Positions 59,531 through 64,000 of a DNA stretch of 64,000 nucleotides are shown here, one piece after another; within the stretch, counting starts at the first letter, position 1; the number at the start of each line of letters is the position of its first letter. The position numbers were made by a program, and so were the translations under genes. The stretch spans positions 72,164,687 through 72,228,686 of the forward strand of contig NC_054741.1 in the NCBI RefSeq assembly GCF_018143015.1. The letters are read 5' to 3'. This stretch comes from Lytechinus variegatus (lineage: Eukaryota). The notes beneath the pieces are model-generated. The model was not told the DNA's origin. It did no database searches and was given only the letters and a program-made list of their open reading frames with translations.

Positions 59531-60356
59531 GAAAAAAATATTGGAACCGTCTCTGCGGTGGAATCGAAAACTATCGTATTCGTGAAGGCAAAAACTATTG
59601 GAGACGTTTCTGAGACAGATTTTGAGACTATTTTGAGACGATTTTGAGATTCCCAAGACTAATGAAATGTCATGGGGCCTCAGAAGACGTCTTTGCGACA
59701 AGTTTTAAAATCGTCTCAAAACCGTTTAAAAGTGGTCCAAAATCCGTCTCAAACGTGAGATACCATCATCAGTTTCACTCACAGTGTTACTAATTAACAC
59801 ACATACATACACCCTCACAACATACACAGTTTCTTACGAACTCTGCATTACCCTTTGTGTGTGTGTTCATGGAGAAAAGTAAATTAAGTGTTAGGTGAAA
59901 TGGGGCGACAATGTGTGGTGTCCCCTCCTCCATAAATTGTCTTAGGCGACACTTCGTGCAGGGGTGACAATTTGTGGTGTCAGTTTTTGCACAAATTGTC
60001 GCTCACTTGTCAGTGGTGACAATTTGGGGTGCAACAGGGTCGCTGCTTTTGAGTTGAAATGTCGTCAAACATGACTGTCGTTAAACCGGGCGTAGAGGCT
60101 CTTGATCATAGCGCTGTGTTTGACCGTAGACTCTTCTTGTTCTCGTAGATCAATGTTGTGACCTTGGAATTGCGTACCTCTCGAATAGAGATACTAAATT
60201 CCCCATAATTTATTTAATTAATGTCTCACAAATGTTCATACATGTTTTCATGCAGCCTACAGGACATGGTTTGAGCAGAATTCATTCGCCATTGCAATCA
60301 CCATTACTCCCTTTAAATTAATTTAAAAAAGAACATTGTTCATCTTTTTTTCACAG

Positions 60357-60428
60357 CGATTTGAAGAACAACAGGATCAAGATATTACCAGAGATCATTT
60401 TTAAAGATTTACACAACCTATTTTATTT
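60357..60428 (+). CDS. SRCR-LRR gene: LRR exon 9 (DLKNNRIKILPEIIFKDLHNLFY)
   Basis: 72-nt phase-2 exon between acceptor ttttcacag| and donor |gtaagt. Confidence 0.85.
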
Positions 60429-60916
60429 GTAAGTTAACATGTAATTTTCTAATGTGTTCAGATTAAATAAGATCTATCAGAATTCTCTCATACCTTATTA
60501 TGATTTCAGATTTTGAATATCCTGACTTTATTATATAGTTTCCGAAGTTACAATTCCTCCACACTCCAGTACTTTTCAAATAGCAACATAGAAGCGATGA
60601 TACTCGATTTCTTTACTTCCTTTTCATCTCATGATGATATTCCTTAGTCTTTAAAAAAGACAACTTAACATGAAATAAATTGAAAGCAGATAATTAAATA
60701 ATTTAATTACACTCTAAATTTAGACCAGTAAATGTCAGTTTTAGAGATGAAATCAATTATAGGTCTACATGGAAATTATACTATCCTACCATTTCGTTGT
60801 TTTTTTTGCTTACAAGATGACCAGAATACTAAATGACCAGTAGCAAAAATATTGTACTGTATAAAATTATCTTCATATTGATATGATTTCCATTCTTCAT
60901 ATATACCTCTTGTCAG

Positions 60917-60988
60917 ATACCTGCAAGATAATAATATTGACGTTATTCCGGAAGGAGCTTTTTCTGAAATGAAGACATTGAGAGTCCT
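60917..60988 (+). CDS. SRCR-LRR gene: LRR exon 10 (YLQDNNIDVIPEGAFSEMKTLRV)
   Basis: 72-nt phase-2 exon between acceptor cttgtcag| and donor |gtaagt. Confidence 0.85.
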
Positions 60989-61528
60989 GTAAGTTTTCTT
61001 AAAAAGTTAATATTTATGATAAAATTCTTTAAAAATTTGAAAGGCCATACAAAAATAATGATGGATTCGATCACAATAGAAATCACATCCTATTCTATAT
61101 TTCACAAATTCTATCTCGTCTTTACTGATAAAAATGTATATGTTGCTTTAGTTTGGCCAAAGTCTATCATAATGATTGCAGTTGTTGTATTTTGATCTTT
61201 TCCTCATCGTAACAAGTATTTTAACACGAACACCTCTAGAGGAGGCGAGTCGATCTCTTTCTTAATTTTGTCAGCATCCTTGGATGTTCTTTTTCGGAAG
61301 ATAGGGAGTTGCAAGAAAGATGAAAGGTGATAAATTAAGCATATTATACTATTATTCTTTGTATATTTAAAAGTTATAATTCTATTGGCCTTTAATGAAA
61401 AAAGTTGACCTTTTGTAACGACGTATTGTAAACATTAAAAATAATTAATGTTGTCTCGCCAATTCTTCTTGCTGATACCTTATTGTACACCACGATGATA
61501 TACGTGTTTGTTGTTTATTTTGTTTCAG

Positions 61529-61600
61529 ATTGTTGCAAAATAACAACATTACTGAAATACCAGATAAAGCATTCATCAACCTGTCTCGCCTTACAACTTT
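61529..61600 (+). CDS. SRCR-LRR gene: LRR exon 11 (LLQNNNITEIPDKAFINLSRLTT)
   Basis: 72-nt phase-2 exon between acceptor tgtttcag| and donor |gtaagt. Confidence 0.85.
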
Positions 61601-61903
61601 GTAAGTGTGCCCATCTAATTTGTATGAGAAGTGTGAGGATGAATGTTTGTGTAACGTAAGCACTGGGGAGTGTTGATTCGGTGTAGGTCCAATTGAAATA
61701 ACTTTTTTAGGTGTATAGTTGTTTTCTTTGCTTTTTTAAACTTCTGTTTGTATGATAAAAAATGACTCCAACACACACATCAATAATAGTTCTAGATTGT
61801 AATATCGTTCTTTCAACGCCCTCTTTTACATCTCATATTCTGGAACAATATTTTGTTGCTTAATTTCGAAAACTTACCCTTTTTATCATATTTTTTATTC
61901 CAG

Positions 61904-61975
61904 GAATATATCATCCAATTCAATCACATATTTGCAAAATGGTGCGTTTCTGGGACAGGAAAACTTGGAATATTT
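61904..61975 (+). CDS. SRCR-LRR gene: LRR exon 12 (NISSNSITYLQNGAFLGQENLEY)
   Basis: 72-nt phase-2 exon between acceptor ttattccag| and donor |gtaagt. Confidence 0.85.
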
Positions 61976-62392
61976 GTAAGTGCCTTTCTATCTAAGCAGA
62001 ATAACATTTCTTACTGTAAAAATGCACTAAATGCCATGAATCACTGTTCTTATTAAAGTAAAGATGCAACGTGTATTGACAAGTAGACTGTTTTCCAAAT
62101 ACTATACTCGATAGCGACCATCAATATCATAATGGTATAGTACACGAAATGAAACACTTCCTAAATATAATTTCTGTTTAAAATATGAAGTGATAATAAT
62201 AACATTAATATGATAAAAAGCGTGATCACTAAGGAGATGACGATGCTAATGACAAGATTTGTGATGATGATGAAAGCAAAACAAACTACAACAATGAAAC
62301 TGATGAAAATAACAATGTAAAGAGGAGACTGGATGAATGGTGCTGCCAAATGTAAACATCTCGGTTTTATTTCGACATGTTTATTTGCACAG

Positions 62393-62464
62393 AGACTTGG
62401 GATACAACAAGATCAAGAGTATCGAAGCTGAATCATTTGCAAATCTGAGTAACCTACTCTATCT
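62393..62464 (+). CDS. SRCR-LRR gene: LRR exon 13 (DLGYNKIKSIEAESFANLSNLLY)
   Basis: 72-nt phase-2 exon between acceptor tttgcacag| and donor |gtgagt. Confidence 0.85.
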
Positions 62465-63018
62465 GTGAGTATTGTTCTTGTTTTTATCTTTAATTATCAA
62501 TTCAAACAAAATGTGTATCAACACCAAAAGCGAGTTGCATATTTTTTTGCCAGAGTTTCTCGATGTGTTAAGTGTCAATGGCATAACTGTATTGCCAGAG
62601 TTTTGTTTATTTGCCAGAGTTTTCTATGGCAAAAGTTTTTTATGCAATAGGACCCAGTGGGGAAAATCATACAAATGACATACGTAGTATATTTTTTACT
62701 CTTAGAAATCGAGAGCATACTTCTTAAAAGTACACTATGAACTTACATGATATTTTGATTTTACAACAAATTTTCCGATCTCATGATATTCTTAATCCCT
62801 TATTGCCATCATTAGTACCAATGTGTGAACATGTTTGAAAAAAGTAATCGGAAGGAATTTCATATAAACATAAAGTAAACTATATTTTGTTAAGCTAACA
62901 AGATTAACATGAAATGTGAATTATGAATTAATATATATATTTTTCAGCATGAAATGTTGTTTGATATAAAATATGAAAAGTAGATCAATACCACTCTATT
63001 GTATTCTGTTTTCTTCAG

Positions 63019-63090
63019 ATTTCTACTGGATCTTGATTTAGACACAATTTCCTACGAAATCATGAACGATCTAACTGGACTCAAAGCTCT
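63019..63090 (+). CDS. SRCR-LRR gene: LRR exon 14 (FLLDLDLDTISYEIMNDLTGLKA); the gene continues beyond the window
   Basis: The 72-nt phase-2 exon lies between acceptor tcttcag| and donor |gtaagt and leaves an open phase-2 junction. No stop codon or terminal exon is seen before 64000. Confidence 0.8.
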
Positions 63091-64000
63091 GTAAGTTTTC
63101 GTGTAGGAGACATGGAATATTCATTTGTATACAATTTGTTAAAGTGGTAATTGTTTGTTAAAAGTTGCGATATTTTGATATTTTTTTTAAATTATTGATA
63201 TGTAATTAAAATTACACGATTGATAGGATTTTGACACTGTTCCTTGTGTGTATCGAGATTTCTTTGCCACACCGACACCGTGGGTCATTGAATTGAATAC
63301 ATTTTATTGTGCGTTTAAGAAATCGTTTTCACATTGAGTTAAAATGATTGTACATGAAAACATAGACGAAATGATACAGAAAATACACATTCCTGTGGGA
63401 GTACAAATATAATGTAGTAGGCAATTTGTTACCATTGAGAATCAGTCTAAATTAAGGCTGGAAATAAAATGGGCAAGTGAGGTAGGCAAATGAACAGTAT
63501 GGGAAATCAGAAAAGGAAGCAACTACAAAAGCATTGGTCATGATGAGAATATATTCAAGTTCAAATATTTTGTTCCCATGGGTATCTGATTTTTGACTAA
63601 GATTTTTGTTGAAGCATCACATTTTGGGGTATGTTCTTTCGAGGTCTGAGTATTCTATTTTTTTATGATACCTGGGTTTGTTATTTATTCTTTAGCTTTG
63701 AGTAACTTGGAATCTAAGAAATATATATTAGATTGTATCCACTTACATTACAATAAAAATAATAATAGTAATAATTCAATTATCTATGTAGACTTGAAGT
63801 GCTTATTAGCAATGGGATAGAGCAATATTATACAGAAGAGTAGAAATTAAATGATAAACCCAAACAATAAATGTTTACCATGTTAGGCTAAAAAATATAC
63901 AATACAAACGTATTCAAGATAGTTAACTTCCACGGTTCCATTCCCTGCCTATCTACAAGCAACGTCTATGAAAGGAATAATTATTTTTCCCCAAAAGCTG

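Overview
The window is eukaryotic genomic DNA, AT-rich with multi-exon genes bearing GT-AG introns. The repeat content suggests an invertebrate deuterostome, probably a sea urchin, but this is an inference. I assembled three protein-coding genes by hand from the six-frame track and splice-site reading.

(1) Plus strand, about 1756-11998: the 3' two-thirds of an unconventional myosin. There are 14 exons covering the motor core, 3 IQ motifs and a short tail that ends in a hydrophobic tail-anchor-like helix. The stop is at 11996-11998, and the 5' exons lie upstream of the window.

(2) Minus strand, about 25804 down to 15926: a complete 9-exon cathepsin D-like aspartic protease gene. It has a signal peptide, both DTG catalytic motifs and two conserved N-glycosylation sites. 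Its 3' end converges on the myosin 3' end. A TATA-like box and three CACGTG/CATGTG (CLEAR/M-box-like) motifs lie 150-330 bp upstream of the ATG.

(3) Plus strand, about 42590 to beyond 63090, running off the window: a large gene encoding four SRCR domains and two cysteine-rich micro-exons. A CxC-containing bridging exon follows. After it come at least 14 LRRs, each in its own 72-nt phase-2 exon. This may be a novel innate-immune-type receptor or an LGR-like ectodomain. The 5' exons and the 3' end were not found.

The remainder, roughly 12-16 kb and 26-42 kb plus all introns, is dense in mobile and repetitive DNA. It holds a 3.2-kb foldback (TU/FB-like) element whose arms are inverted arrays of short tandem repeats, and a smaller foldback array nested in an SRCR intron. 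There are two full and one partial copy of a roughly 985-bp non-autonomous Tc1-like element with CAGTG terminal inverted repeats and TA target-site duplications. Several palindromic MITE families are present, along with a dispersed GCGAGCGCGAAGCGCGAGC-core repeat, poly-G/poly-C-bounded elements and many microsatellites.

All coordinates were derived by hand and may be off by 1-2 bp.
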